64,000 nt of DNA from Acidobacteriota bacterium (GCA_021325515.1 JAJPHC010000013.1:1-64000); one strand, 5' to 3'; positions 51,781-61,559 are shown, numbered from the stretch's first letter. The notes: a model not told the origin generated them from the letters alone. Translations and numbers: made by a program.

Positions 51781-51890
51781 GTAGTGAAGAGTGACTAGTG
51801 ACGAGTGACTAGTGACGAGTGACGAGTGAAGAGTGCTGAGTGTTGGGCGGCTCTACTCTTCACTGAACACTCGTCACTCTTCACTCGCAT
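51781..51890. repeat. family-D tandem/palindromic element (GTGACGAGTGA units), copy 2
   Basis: GTAGTGAAGAGTGACTAGTGACGAGTGACTAGTGACGAGTGACGAGTGAAGAGTG - loop - CTCTTCACTGAACACTCGTCACTCTTCACTCGC. Lies in a divergent promoter region. Confidence 0.8.
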
Positions 51891-51907
51891 GCTATCTTCG
51901 CCGGCCT

Positions 51908-52834
51908 ATGGCCGATGCCGCGATTCATTGCCGCGGATTGAAAAAATACTTTTCTGACGTGAAAGCCGTCGATGGGCTCGATCTGCGCGTCGAGCCTGGC
52001 GAGTGCTTCGGATTGTTAGGGCCCAACGGAGCGGGGAAGACGACGACGATCGAGATCCTGGAAGGACTTCAGCCGCCCGATGGCGGAGACGTCGAAGTCC
52101 TTGGCCGCCGCTGGAAGGGCGATGAGCGCGAACTGCGGGAGCGCATCGGGATTTCGCTGCAGGAGACGCAGTTCACCGACAAGCTGACGGTCTTCGAGAC
52201 GCTGACGCTCTTCCGCTCGTTCTATCGCGAAGGCCACGACCCCGATGAGCTGCTCCGCCGTCTCACGCTGGAGGAGAAGCGCGACGCGCGCGTCGGCAAG
52301 CTGTCCGGCGGTCAGAAGCAGCGCCTCGCCGTCGCGTGTGCGCTCATCGGGATGCCCGACATCCTCTTTCTCGACGAACCGACGACGGGGCTCGATCCGC
52401 AATCGCGTCTGCAACTCTGGCAGGTCGTGACGGAGTTTCGCGCGAACGGAGGCACGGTGCTGCTGACGACGCACTACATGGACGAAGCCGAGCGGCTCTG
52501 CGATCGCATCGCGATCGTCGATCACGGCAAGGTGATCGCGCTCGGCACTCCGAAGGAACTGATCGCCAAGCTCGAGGCGCCGAACATCATCGAGTTCACG
52601 AGCGAGCCGGCGCTGCCGGAAGAGACGTTCGCGAATCTCTGCGAGGGCTATCACGGCTGTGCGAAGCGCGCCGATGGCTGGCAGCTGCGGGTCGACTCAC
52701 TCGCCGAAGCCGTGCCGCGGCTCATCGCCGTCGTGGAGAAGAGCGGAGCGAAGCTGCGCACGCTCTCGACGCATGCCGCGACGCTCGAAGATCTCTTCGT
52801 CGCGATGACGGGACGGGAGCTGCGCGATGCCTGA
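51908..52834 (+). CDS. ABC transporter ATP-binding protein (ABC-2 type)
   Basis: Walker A GPNGAGKTT. Signature LSGGQKQR. Walker B ILFLDEPT. Confidence 0.9.
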   Translation: MADAAIHCRGLKKYFSDVKAVDGLDLRVEPGECFGLLGPNGAGKTTTIEILEGLQPPDGGDVEVLGRRWKGDERELRERIGISLQETQFTDKLTVFETLTLFRSFYREGHDPDELLRRLTLEEKRDARVGKLSGGQKQRLAVACALIGMPDILFLDEPTTGLDPQSRLQLWQVVTEFRANGGTVLLTTHYMDEAERLCDRIAIVDHGKVIALGTPKELIAKLEAPNIIEFTSEPALPEETFANLCEGYHGCAKRADGWQLRVDSLAEAVPRLIAVVEKSGAKLRTLSTHAATLEDLFVAMTGRELRDA

Positions 52835-53858
52835 GCCGGCCATCATCGAGCTGACGAAAGCGCGCATGCGCGAGTTCATCCGCGAGCCGGAGGCCGTCTT
52901 CTGGGTCTTCGCCTTTCCCATGGTCCTCACGCTGGCTCTCGGTTTCGCATTTCGCTCCAAACCGCCCGACAGAATTCCGGTCGCCGTCGTCGCCGGTCCG
53001 CATGCGGCAGAACAGATGGCGGCGCTCGCGAAGTCGCCGGCACTGCTGCCGCGCGTCATGGATGAGGCGGCTGCCGCCGCGCAGTTGCGCACGGGAAAAG
53101 TGTCGATGTTGATCGGAGGAGGCGCCGAGCCGCTGTATCGGTTCGATGCGACGCGGCCCGATGCGCGAACGGCACGCCTCGAGGTTGACGATGCGCTGCA
53201 GCGCGCCGCGGGGCGGCAGGACCTCATCAAAGCGCGCGAAGAGCGCGTGAGCGAACAGGGCTCGCGCTACATCGACTTTCTCGTCCCCGGCCTCCTCGGC
53301 ATGAACCTGATGGGCACGGGAATGTGGGGCGTCGGCTTCAGCATCGTGAACGCGCGGATGAAGAAGCTGCTCAAGCGGCTGATCGCCACGCCGATGCGCA
53401 AGACCGAGTATCTGCTCGCGCAGTTCTTCTCGCGTCTGATCTTTCTCGTTTTCGAAGTCGTTTTTCTGATCGCGTTCGCCTGGATCGTGTTCAACGTCCG
53501 CGTGCACGGCTCGTTCGTGACGTTCGGCGTGATCACGCTGATCGGCGGCTTCGCCTTCTCCGGAATCGGATTGCTCGTCGCATCGCGCGCGCGGACGATC
53601 GAAGCCGTGAGCGGAATGATGAACCTCGTGATGGTGCCGATGTGGATCGGCTCCGGCGTGTTCTTTTCCTACGAACGCTTTCCGGATGCTGCCAAACCGT
53701 TCATCCGCGCGCTGCCGCTGACCGCGCTCAACGACGCGCTGCGCGGCGTCATGAACGACGGCTCAGGCTGGGCGCAGGTGTGGATGCCCGTGGCGATCCT
53801 CGTCGCATGGGGCGGGATTTCGTTCGCGCTGGCGTTGAAGCTGTTCAAGTGGCAGTGA
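52827..53858 (+). CDS. ABC-2 family transporter permease
   Basis: Six TM helices. Start overlaps the ATPase gene. Confidence 0.8.
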   Translation: MPEPAIIELTKARMREFIREPEAVFWVFAFPMVLTLALGFAFRSKPPDRIPVAVVAGPHAAEQMAALAKSPALLPRVMDEAAAAAQLRTGKVSMLIGGGAEPLYRFDATRPDARTARLEVDDALQRAAGRQDLIKAREERVSEQGSRYIDFLVPGLLGMNLMGTGMWGVGFSIVNARMKKLLKRLIATPMRKTEYLLAQFFSRLIFLVFEVVFLIAFAWIVFNVRVHGSFVTFGVITLIGGFAFSGIGLLVASRARTIEAVSGMMNLVMVPMWIGSGVFFSYERFPDAAKPFIRALPLTALNDALRGVMNDGSGWAQVWMPVAILVAWGGISFALALKLFKWQ

Positions 53859-53967
53859 ATCCTGAGCGCGCGGTCACGCGGGCTCGCGGGCGCGCGGTCA
53901 TGAAGAGATCGTCCACGAGCCGCATCACCGCGCGCCCGCGCGCCCGCGTGACCGCGTGACCACCACT

Positions 53968-54633
53968 TCAGAACTTGAACGACACTCCCAGCGTCGTCTC
54001 TGCCTGATAGAGATTCGTGTCGCTGCTGTTGCAATGAATATCGCAGCCGTTGTCGTAACGGCCGGTGTTGGCGTAGAAGCCGCGCTCCTCGATCTTGATC
54101 CCCATGTTGTTCGCGATCGGGAACTTGAGGCCGATCGCCGCGGATGCTGCGAAGCGGTTCGACGACGACGCGCCGATGACATCGGTATCGAGATTCGCCA
54201 CGCCGGCGTCGATCGCGAAATATGGGGTGAGGTCGCGCGAGCGTGCGAACGGCATCACGATGCCCGCCTGGTAGTACGTCGCGTGAAATTTTGCGAGGCG
54301 GTTGTCGGGGCCGAACAGGTCGCCGCCGCCGGTCGTGAGATGCGTGTCCTGACGGTCGACGAGCAACTCGAGCTTCATGCCGTCGTTGTTGATCGGGATG
54401 CCGAGGTTCAGACCGTACGAGGCGTCGCTGGCGACGTCGACGTCGGTGTTGAAGATCGAGTTCGTGTCGGAGTAGATCGTGCCGCCGTAGCGGTAGCCGA
54501 CGATCGGAGTGAGCTCGAAGAAATTGTCGCGCGATCCATAGCGGTCATGGCGAGCGCGCCCGCCGCGCCAGTCCTGAGCCAGCAGCGATGTCGAAGCGAG
54601 AAGAAGCAGTGAGGCAAAAGCGAGTTTGCGCAT
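53968..54633 (-). CDS. outer-membrane beta-barrel protein
   Basis: Signal peptide. Alternating amphipathic beta strands. C-terminal Phe. Confidence 0.65.
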   Translation of the reverse strand: MRKLAFASLLLLASTSLLAQDWRGGRARHDRYGSRDNFFELTPIVGYRYGGTIYSDTNSIFNTDVDVASDASYGLNLGIPINNDGMKLELLVDRQDTHLTTGGGDLFGPDNRLAKFHATYYQAGIVMPFARSRDLTPYFAIDAGVANLDTDVIGASSSNRFAASAAIGLKFPIANNMGIKIEERGFYANTGRYDNGCDIHCNSSDTNLYQAETTLGVSFKF

Positions 54634-54708
54634 GAGTTCTCCTGTCGTGCAGATCGAAGTCCGCGATCCACACTGAAAATTTCGGCCCGCCGTTACAATC
54701 CGCGCAAC

Positions 54709-55455
54709 ATGAAAATCGCCACCTGGAATGTGAACGGGATCCGCGCCCGTCACGAGCAGTTCGCAACGTTCGTTCAGAGCGAACAACCCGATGTGATCTG
54801 TCTGCAGGAATTGAAAGCGTCGCCCGCGCAGGTGCCGGCGACGATCTGCGATCTCGAGGGCTACCAGTGTTACTGGCACGGCGCCGCCGCGTATTCAGGA
54901 GTAGGGTTGCACATCCGCCTTGCGTCGTGTCCTGAGCCGCCGCAGTTTTCGCATCCGCATTTCGACCACGAGACGCGCATCGTGCAGGCGCGTGCGGGCG
55001 ACACGGTGTACGCATCGGTGTACGTGCCGAACGGCGGAAAGGATTACGCGGCGAAGATCGCGTTTCTCAACGCGCTCATCGATTACGCCGCGGTCGTACA
55101 GAAGGATGGGACGAAGCTCGTGCTCTGCGGCGACATGAACATCGCGCGCACCGACATGGATGTGCATCCGAAGGAGCGCAAGCCGAACATCATCGGGCAG
55201 CGGCAGGAAGAGCGCGATCTGCTGGAGAAGCTGCTCGATCAGGGTCTCGTCGACGTCGGCCGCAAGCTCTATCCGGGTGCGGACGATTACTTCACCTGGT
55301 GGGCGCCGTGGCGAAACCTGCGGCAGCGCAACATCGGATGGAGGCTCGACTACGTGCTCGCGTCGCAGGCCCTCGCGGAGAGGGCGACGGCATGTCCGTC
55401 GTATCGAGAGATCGGAACGAGCGACCACGCGCCGGTCGTCGCCACGTTCGAGTAA
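54709..55455 (+). CDS. xth: exodeoxyribonuclease III
   Basis: EEP-fold motifs (WNVNG, QE, GDMN, DH). Confidence 0.9.
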   Translation: MKIATWNVNGIRARHEQFATFVQSEQPDVICLQELKASPAQVPATICDLEGYQCYWHGAAAYSGVGLHIRLASCPEPPQFSHPHFDHETRIVQARAGDTVYASVYVPNGGKDYAAKIAFLNALIDYAAVVQKDGTKLVLCGDMNIARTDMDVHPKERKPNIIGQRQEERDLLEKLLDQGLVDVGRKLYPGADDYFTWWAPWRNLRQRNIGWRLDYVLASQALAERATACPSYREIGTSDHAPVVATFE

Positions 55456-55464
55456 GCCGCCTCG

Positions 55465-55514
55465 CCGTTCCCCTCTCCCCGCAAGCGGGGAGAGGGGCCA
55501 GAGGTGAGGGGTCG
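55465..55514 (+). repeat. family-B GC-rich hairpin REP element, copy 3
   Basis: CCCCTCTCCCCGCAAGCGGGGAGAGGGGCCAGAGGTGAGGGG between convergent xth and ompA-like genes. Confidence 0.85.
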
Positions 55515-55525
55515 AATTACGAGGA

Positions 55526-56173
55526 CTACTCGAGAACGACGATGACCACGCGGCGGTTCTGCGCGCGGCCCTTCTTCGTCTTGTTCGACGCCACCGGAAG
55601 CGTGTCGCCGTACGAGATCGTCGACATGCGGTTCAGCGGCAGGCCGTACTGGCGCGAGAGGTAGCGGCGCACTTCGTCGGCGCGGCGCTGGCCGAGCTCG
55701 TCGTTGTAGCGCGAGCCGCCGGTGTCATCCGTGTGGCCCTGGATCTCGACGAAGTACTGATGGTCGGTCATTCCTTTGATCTTGTTGCCGAGCTCGTCGA
55801 GAGCCGCCTTGGCGTCCTTCGAGAGGTCGTACTTGCCGGCCTTGAACTTGACCTTGTCGTCGGAGAAGGTCTGCTGGAACACCACTTTGCCGGCGCCCTT
55901 CGCGATCACGCCAGCGTCTTCGGCGCGCTTGAGCGCGTCCTTCGCTTCCTGGCTGAGCGTGGCGATCTGAGCGTCCTGCTCCTTCTGGTGCTGCTGCACG
56001 GTCTCGACCTGCGACGCGACGGACTCGATCTTCTGATTCGTCGTCGCCATCGCCTTATCGGTCGCCTCGGCGATCTTGCGGTCCACCTCGCCGTTCGTAG
56101 CGCACGCTGCGAGAGCGCCGGCCACGAGGGACACCGAAACAATACGGGTTACCTTGGCTGCGATAGTCATCAA
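55526..56173 (-). CDS. OmpA-family peptidoglycan-binding lipoprotein
   Basis: Lipobox (LAAC). C-terminal OmpA_C domain (GHTD..G...YN..LS..RA, NRRV). Confidence 0.85.
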   Translation of the reverse strand: MMTIAAKVTRIVSVSLVAGALAACATNGEVDRKIAEATDKAMATTNQKIESVASQVETVQQHQKEQDAQIATLSQEAKDALKRAEDAGVIAKGAGKVVFQQTFSDDKVKFKAGKYDLSKDAKAALDELGNKIKGMTDHQYFVEIQGHTDDTGGSRYNDELGQRRADEVRRYLSRQYGLPLNRMSTISYGDTLPVASNKTKKGRAQNRRVVIVVLE

Positions 56174-57126
56174 CTTCTTTTCCTTTCGTTCGCTTTTGTC
56201 AGAACTGGAGGTTCGGTGCCGCGATACCCGGCGCGCACTCGCACTGCCTGCACCCTCCCCGCTGTCTTCAGCGAAATGCGGCGGTACTTTACAGCACCTT
56301 TGCCAGTTGGAGTAAAGCCGATCAAATACTGGGCCCGGAGGTCCTTTTGGATCTGTTCCACGGCGTGCAGCAACTGATCAGGCTGATTGCCGAGGAAGAG
56401 CCGCCCGCCGCTCTCGTTCGCCACGTCGGCAAGGAGAGCGATGTCGGACGATGCCTCGGCCGTCACCGCGACCGTTCCCTCCGATGCTTCGCGCAATCCG
56501 AGCGAGTAAATCGGGATGCCGAGGCCGCGCAGCATGCTCGTCAGTTGCTGCTTCGTCAGTTGCGATGCGTTGTCGATTCCGTCGCTGAGCAGAATGATCG
56601 CGCGCGTCGGATTCTGTCCGAGGCGGCTCTTCTCCGGCATGGATGAGAGCGCATCGAAGAATGCCGTCTTGCCGAACGGTTTGATGCCGTACATCGCCGT
56701 CAGGATCTTTCCCGCATCTTCGGTGAACGGAACGACCTCGTGCGCCTCCTTGTCATCGAAGACGTAGAGAGAGAAGTCGTCGCCCTTCTTGCGGCGATAG
56801 ATCAGCGCTTCGACTGCCGCGCGCGCAGAAGACATCTTTCCGGCGAGCCCCATCGAGCCGGAGCCGTCGACGAGAATCGTGAACGAGACGGGCGCATCCA
56901 TCGACTTCTCGAACATGTCGCTCTGCACGGGCACGCCGTCGACGAGCAGCGAGACTTCATTCGAGCTCAGATCGGTGATCGGCGCGCCGTGGCCGCTGAG
57001 GACGGTGAAGGGCACCATCACGTAGCCGACCGAGACGTTCTCTTCGACGTGCTGCGTCGCATCCTGCGCGAAGAGAAGCGGGGTGGCGAAAAGGAGGACG
57101 AAGACTGCGAGACAGCGATGCGACAT
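56170..57126 (-). CDS. von Willebrand factor A domain protein, secreted
   Basis: Signal peptide. MIDAS DxSxS (DGSGSM). Overlaps the start of the OmpA gene. Confidence 0.8.
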   Translation of the reverse strand: MSHRCLAVFVLLFATPLLFAQDATQHVEENVSVGYVMVPFTVLSGHGAPITDLSSNEVSLLVDGVPVQSDMFEKSMDAPVSFTILVDGSGSMGLAGKMSSARAAVEALIYRRKKGDDFSLYVFDDKEAHEVVPFTEDAGKILTAMYGIKPFGKTAFFDALSSMPEKSRLGQNPTRAIILLSDGIDNASQLTKQQLTSMLRGLGIPIYSLGLREASEGTVAVTAEASSDIALLADVANESGGRLFLGNQPDQLLHAVEQIQKDLRAQYLIGFTPTGKGAVKYRRISLKTAGRVQAVRVRAGYRGTEPPVLTKANERKRS

Positions 57127-57169
57127 GCTGCGAATAACATTTACAGCCGGAGCCGCGATTTCACCGGGC

Positions 57170-57556
57170 TCAGCTGCGTGACATCGGAACGAACTCATCA
57201 TCACCTTGCTGCCTGCGCTCCCACTTCAGAAAGTCGTAGTACCCGCAGCGCGACCACTCAGGATACGCGCGGCAGACGCCGGGGCGCGCTTCGTACACCG
57301 TGCAGCGCCGCTTCTCCGTATCGAAGAACATGCACATGCTGCCGTAGACGTGGTCCTTCTGGTGGCGGAGGACCTGCTCGTTGTCGACAACTTTCGTGAA
57401 GCGCTTCTTCGCGGTCTCTTCATCGAGACCGAAGTGCTTCGCCAGACGCGTGAGGTCGCGTTTGGTGACGACAATCGCGTCATAGCTGCAGCAGTAACCG
57501 GGACACTTCGAGCAGTCGTAGAGCGGGCGCGGAGATGTGGGTTTCGAATCAGCCAT
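57170..57556 (-). CDS. YkgJ-family cysteine-cluster protein
   Basis: CxxCxxxCC (CSKCPGYCC) plus distal Cys residues. Confidence 0.65.
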   Translation of the reverse strand: MADSKPTSPRPLYDCSKCPGYCCSYDAIVVTKRDLTRLAKHFGLDEETAKKRFTKVVDNEQVLRHQKDHVYGSMCMFFDTEKRRCTVYEARPGVCRAYPEWSRCGYYDFLKWERRQQGDDEFVPMSRS

Positions 57557-57644
57557 CGGATGCCTCGCAGTGTAGGACAAGCTCTCCGCTTGTCCACCGT
57601 TTTTTCAAGAGGGAGGCTGAGAGGTTGTCCTACACTGTGCGTGC

Positions 57645-58301
57645 ATGGACCACGCCGTCGCGCTCGTGCAGGCGTACCTTCAACTCAACGGTTACTTCAC
57701 CTCGGCCGAGTATCCGATCATCGCGGGTGCGGGACGGAAGACGCGTTCCATCACCGATATCGACATTCTCGCGTTTCGCTTTCCTTCAAACGGCGCACGC
57801 CCGGCGCCGCGCCGTCGCGCGAAGGGCCTCGACATCACCGAGATCGATCCCGGCCTCGGCATTCATCCGACATCGATCGACGTGATCATCGGCGAGGTGA
57901 AAGAGGGCCGCGTCGGAATCAACAGCGCGATTCGCGATGCGGAAGTGCTGAAGACGGTGATCAGCCGCTTCTCGCATGGCGATGATGACGCGCGCATCGC
58001 GGCGGAATTGCTCGAGAACGGCGAAGTGATCCTGCGCAGCGGATACAGCATCCGGCTCGTCGTCTTCGCATCGTTTCCGCCGGGCGCGCCGATTCCTCCC
58101 TGCCGCATCATCTCGTTAGGCCACGTCGTCGAGTACCTGCAGGGCTACGTTCGCAAGCATTGGAATCTGCTTCGTCATGTGCATCTGAAGGACCCCGCGT
58201 TCGGATTTCTCCTCCTGCTCGAGAAGGCGCGGCGCGGCGCCGCGGGACGGAGAGGGACGGCCGGTGTCGAAGTCGTACGCCGCGGCGTGCGCAGGAGGTA
58301 G
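57645..58301 (+). CDS. hypothetical protein with PD-(D/E)xK-like motif
   Basis: DIDILAF ... IGEVKEG spacing matches a restriction-endonuclease-like core. This is motif-level evidence only. Confidence 0.4.
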   Translation: MDHAVALVQAYLQLNGYFTSAEYPIIAGAGRKTRSITDIDILAFRFPSNGARPAPRRRAKGLDITEIDPGLGIHPTSIDVIIGEVKEGRVGINSAIRDAEVLKTVISRFSHGDDDARIAAELLENGEVILRSGYSIRLVVFASFPPGAPIPPCRIISLGHVVEYLQGYVRKHWNLLRHVHLKDPAFGFLLLLEKARRGAAGRRGTAGVEVVRRGVRRR

Positions 58302-58303
58302 CG

Positions 58304-59971
58304 ATGTCTTCGAAGTTCTCGCGTCGCGATTTCGTGGTGACGACCGCGATGGGATCGGTGGCGGCGGCAACACTTGGCGAGGAGCCGCCGAAGGCTGCCT
58401 CCGAGGCCTCTGCCCGCTATGACTGGATCATCGGGAAGTGGGGCGCGCGCCTCAGTGACGAACAGAAGGCAGACATTCGGAGGCTGGTTTCCGACAACGA
58501 GAAGGGACTCGCGCCGTTGCGCGCGTTCGATCTCGGCAACGGCTCGGCCCCTCTGTTCGAACCGAGGTGGAAGGCGGACGCCTCGTCCGCCCATGGGGGC
58601 GCGGACGAGGCGTCCGCACTCCACTCATCGGCCGGCATAGAGGAAATGACGGTGCGCGAGCTCGCGCATCACATCCGTCTGAAGAAACTTTCGCCTGTCG
58701 AAGTGACCCGCACGTTCCTCGATCGCAGCGACAGGATCGGCTCGAAGCTCAACGCGTACGCGACGCTGACTCCGGAGCGCGCGATGGAGGAAGCGCGGGC
58801 GGCGGAGAAGGAGATCACCGCGGGCCACTATCGCGGTCTGCTGCACGGCATTCCGTATGCGGCGAAGGATCTGCTCGCCGCGAAGGGTTATCCGACGACG
58901 TGGGGCGCGCGGCCGTACGCGAATCAGAAGTTCGATTTCGACGCGGCGGTCATCCGCAAGCTGAAGGACGCCGGCGCGATTCTCATCGGGAAAGCCGCGA
59001 TGATCGAGCTCGCGGGCGGCATGGGCTATCGCTACGGCACCGCGTCGCTGCAGGGAGGGGCAAAGAATCCGTGGAACGAGACATGCTGGACGTGCGGCTC
59101 GTCGAGTGGATCGGGAGCCATCGTCGCCGCCCGGCTCGCACCGTTTGCGATCGGCACCGAGACGTGGGGCTCCATCGTCTGCCCCTCCGCGTATTGCGGC
59201 GTGTCGGGATTGCGCCCGGCGTACAACCGCGTCAGCCGCGATGGCGCGATGGCGCTCTCGTACTCGATGGACAAGATCGGACCGATGGCGCGAACGGCCG
59301 ATGATTGCGGGATCGTGCTGTCGGTGATCGGGGAGGGGTTCGCCTACCGCCGTCACAGCCGCAGGCTGCGGATCGGGTGGCTCACCAACGCGTGGAAAGA
59401 GATGCAGCCCGAGATCGAGAGAGTCACGAGCGCTGCGCGCCAGGTTCTCGCGCCACACGCGACGATCGTCGAGATCGCGTTGCCGGAAGGGCCGTGGGAA
59501 GTCGCTGCCGGAACGACGATCTCCGTCGAAGGGGCATCGGCGTTCGACACGCTGATCGACTCGGGCCGCGTGCTCGAGCTCACCGATCCTCTGGCGAAGA
59601 TCGGCGGGTTCGTCAACGCGACGATCTCCGGCGCCGACTACGTCCGCGCACAGCGCGTCCGCGGCGTGCTGCAACGAAAGGTTAGTGAGCTCTTCGAGAA
59701 GGTCGACGTCGTAGCGGCAGCCTCGCTGCCGATCGCCGCCACGCCGATGGAGACGAACCTCGAGACCGACCTCGCGTTCGCCGATCCCCTCGGCGGTATC
59801 GGCAATTTCTGCGGCCTGCCCGCCATCAGCGTTCCGTCAGGCTTCACGTCGAAGAACCTGCCGGCCGGCATTCAGTTCGTCGGACGCCCGCTCGATGAGG
59901 ATGCCCTGCTCGCAGCCGCGAACATGTTCCAGTCCCACACGAACTGGCACTGGAAAGCGCCCAGCGTCTGA
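58304..59971 (+). CDS. amidase (amidase-signature family) with Tat signal
   Basis: Tat motif SRRDFVV. Catalytic Lys (YAAKD) and GSSSGSG. AGGAGG RBS upstream. Contains an in-frame family-C repeat at 58567-58626. Confidence 0.85.
   Translation: MSSKFSRRDFVVTTAMGSVAAATLGEEPPKAASEASARYDWIIGKWGARLSDEQKADIRRLVSDNEKGLAPLRAFDLGNGSAPLFEPRWKADASSAHGGADEASALHSSAGIEEMTVRELAHHIRLKKLSPVEVTRTFLDRSDRIGSKLNAYATLTPERAMEEARAAEKEITAGHYRGLLHGIPYAAKDLLAAKGYPTTWGARPYANQKFDFDAAVIRKLKDAGAILIGKAAMIELAGGMGYRYGTASLQGGAKNPWNETCWTCGSSSGSGAIVAARLAPFAIGTETWGSIVCPSAYCGVSGLRPAYNRVSRDGAMALSYSMDKIGPMARTADDCGIVLSVIGEGFAYRRHSRRLRIGWLTNAWKEMQPEIERVTSAARQVLAPHATIVEIALPEGPWEVAAGTTISVEGASAFDTLIDSGRVLELTDPLAKIGGFVNATISGADYVRAQRVRGVLQRKVSELFEKVDVVAAASLPIAATPMETNLETDLAFADPLGGIGNFCGLPAISVPSGFTSKNLPAGIQFVGRPLDEDALLAAANMFQSHTNWHWKAPSV
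58567..58626. repeat. family-C palindromic element (GCGGACGCCTCGTCCGC core) inserted in-frame within amidase CDS
   Basis: GTGGAAGGCGGACGCCTCGTCCGCCCATGGGGGCGCGGACGAGGCGTCCGCACTCCACTC is 60 bp (20 codons), encoding WKADASSAHGGADEASALHS. Confidence 0.8.
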
Positions 59972-60046
59972 GTGGAGTGCGGACGCCTCGTCCGCACTTC
60001 TCCGTTGCACCCCGCTATGTGCGGACGCCTCGTCCGCACTCCACTT
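59972..60046. repeat. family-C element, two units in hairpin arrangement
   Basis: GTGGAGTGCGGACGCCTCGTCCGCACT - 22 nt - TGCGGACGCCTCGTCCGCACTCCAC, directly after the amidase stop. Confidence 0.85.
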
Positions 60047-60904
60047 CTACCGGAACTCCACTTCCACTCTCTGCCCCAGCTTCAGCGGTGTCCCTTCCGT
60101 CATCGCGATCTTCACCAGCAGCACTCGGGTGTCGATCGGTTTCGCAGGATCCTGCGGCTTGAGCCGGCGCGACACGACATTGCCCGGCACTTCCTCGATC
60201 ACTCCGCGCCACGACGCGTCGTAGCCCTCGGCCGATACCGAAGCTTCGCCGCCATTGCGCATGCGCGCCGCATCGAACTCATCGACCTCGGCCTCGACGC
60301 GCGTGCGATGAAGATCGGCCACGGTCACGAGCGAGTCGCCGGCGTTGATCGTCTCTCCCTGCTGGCGCATCCGGGCGATCACGACGCCGTCGATCGGTGC
60401 CGTGATCACGGTCTTCGCGAGCAGCGCTTCGATGCGGCGTTGCTCCGCGGCCGCGGAGGCGCGGCGCGCGCGCGCCGACTCGAGATCGCGATCCGTCTTC
60501 TCGAGCGTCTGCTTCGAGCCGACGTTGTCGCGATAGAGACGCTGAGCGCGTTCGCGCTCCAGCTCGCAGAGACGGATATCGGCTGCGGCTTCGTCTTCCC
60601 GCGCGCGGGCGGCGGCGATCGCGGCCCGCAGATCGTCGGCGCGCAGCGTCGCGATGATCTGCCCCTTCTTCACCTGGTCCTGCTCGTTCACGGCGAGCCG
60701 CTCGATGGTGCCGGCCACATCGCTGCCGACGGTGACTTCCGCCCCCGGATACGCCACAACGCGCCCTTCGGCGACGACGTGATGTTCCTTCGCAGGTGCA
60801 GCGGCTGGTTGGGCCGGCGACGATGACGGCCGGTTCGCGCGGACTTCCGCCACCGTGATGATGATGAGCACGAGTCCGATGAGTGGGGCGATGAAACGCT
60901 TCAT
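60047..60904 (-). CDS. efflux transporter periplasmic adaptor (membrane fusion protein, MacA-like)
   Basis: Signal/TM. Coiled-coil hairpin and lipoyl/beta-barrel regions of the HlyD family. Confidence 0.8.
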   Translation of the reverse strand: MKRFIAPLIGLVLIIITVAEVRANRPSSSPAQPAAAPAKEHHVVAEGRVVAYPGAEVTVGSDVAGTIERLAVNEQDQVKKGQIIATLRADDLRAAIAAARAREDEAAADIRLCELERERAQRLYRDNVGSKQTLEKTDRDLESARARRASAAAEQRRIEALLAKTVITAPIDGVVIARMRQQGETINAGDSLVTVADLHRTRVEAEVDEFDAARMRNGGEASVSAEGYDASWRGVIEEVPGNVVSRRLKPQDPAKPIDTRVLLVKIAMTEGTPLKLGQRVEVEFR

Positions 60905-61557
60905 GACAATCTCCCGTCCTGAATCTTCACCACGCGATCGGCGACCGCGCGGACTTTCGGGTCATGGGTCACGATGACGAGCGCGCGATTCTCTTTCTTC
61001 GCCAGCGCCCGGAACAGTTCGAGGACCTGTGTGCCGACGACTGAATCGAGATTCGCCGTCGGCTCGTCGGCGAGCAGAATCGGCGCTTTACCCGCGAGCG
61101 CGCGGGCAATCGCGACTCGCTGCTTTTGCCCGCCGCTGAGATCGCGCGGCAGAAACGCCTGGCGATCGCCGAGGCCCACCGCTTCGATCACGCGCTCCGC
61201 TTCGAGCCGCGCCTCTCGTCCGCGAATGCCCTTCACGTTCAACGCGTACTCGATGTTCTCCAGCGCGGTCAGCGACGGGAACAGGTTGAACTGCTGGAAG
61301 ACGAAGCCGAGCGAGCGCTTGCGGATGTCGTTCAGCTTCTTCGCGTTTGCGACCTCTCCGTCGATCAGCACGTCGCCCTTCGTCGGCGTGAGGATGCAGC
61401 CGAGAATCGAGAGGAACGTGGTCTTCCCCGAACCGGACGGCCCTTCGAGCGAAACGATCTCGCCGCGCTCGACTCCGAAGTCGATGCCGCGCAGAACGTC
61501 GAAGGATTCCTTCCCTTCGGTGAAACTCTTCCGGATTTCTTTTGCTTCGAGAATCAT
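60901..61557 (-). CDS. ABC transporter ATP-binding protein (MacB/LolD type)
   Basis: Walker A GPSGSGKTT. Signature LSGGQKQR. Walker B LLADEPT. Only the C-terminal 218 aa of the 606-aa track ORF are real. Confidence 0.9.
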   Translation of the reverse strand: MILEAKEIRKSFTEGKESFDVLRGIDFGVERGEIVSLEGPSGSGKTTFLSILGCILTPTKGDVLIDGEVANAKKLNDIRKRSLGFVFQQFNLFPSLTALENIEYALNVKGIRGREARLEAERVIEAVGLGDRQAFLPRDLSGGQKQRVAIARALAGKAPILLADEPTANLDSVVGTQVLELFRALAKKENRALVIVTHDPKVRAVADRVVKIQDGRLS

Positions 61558-61559
61558 GA

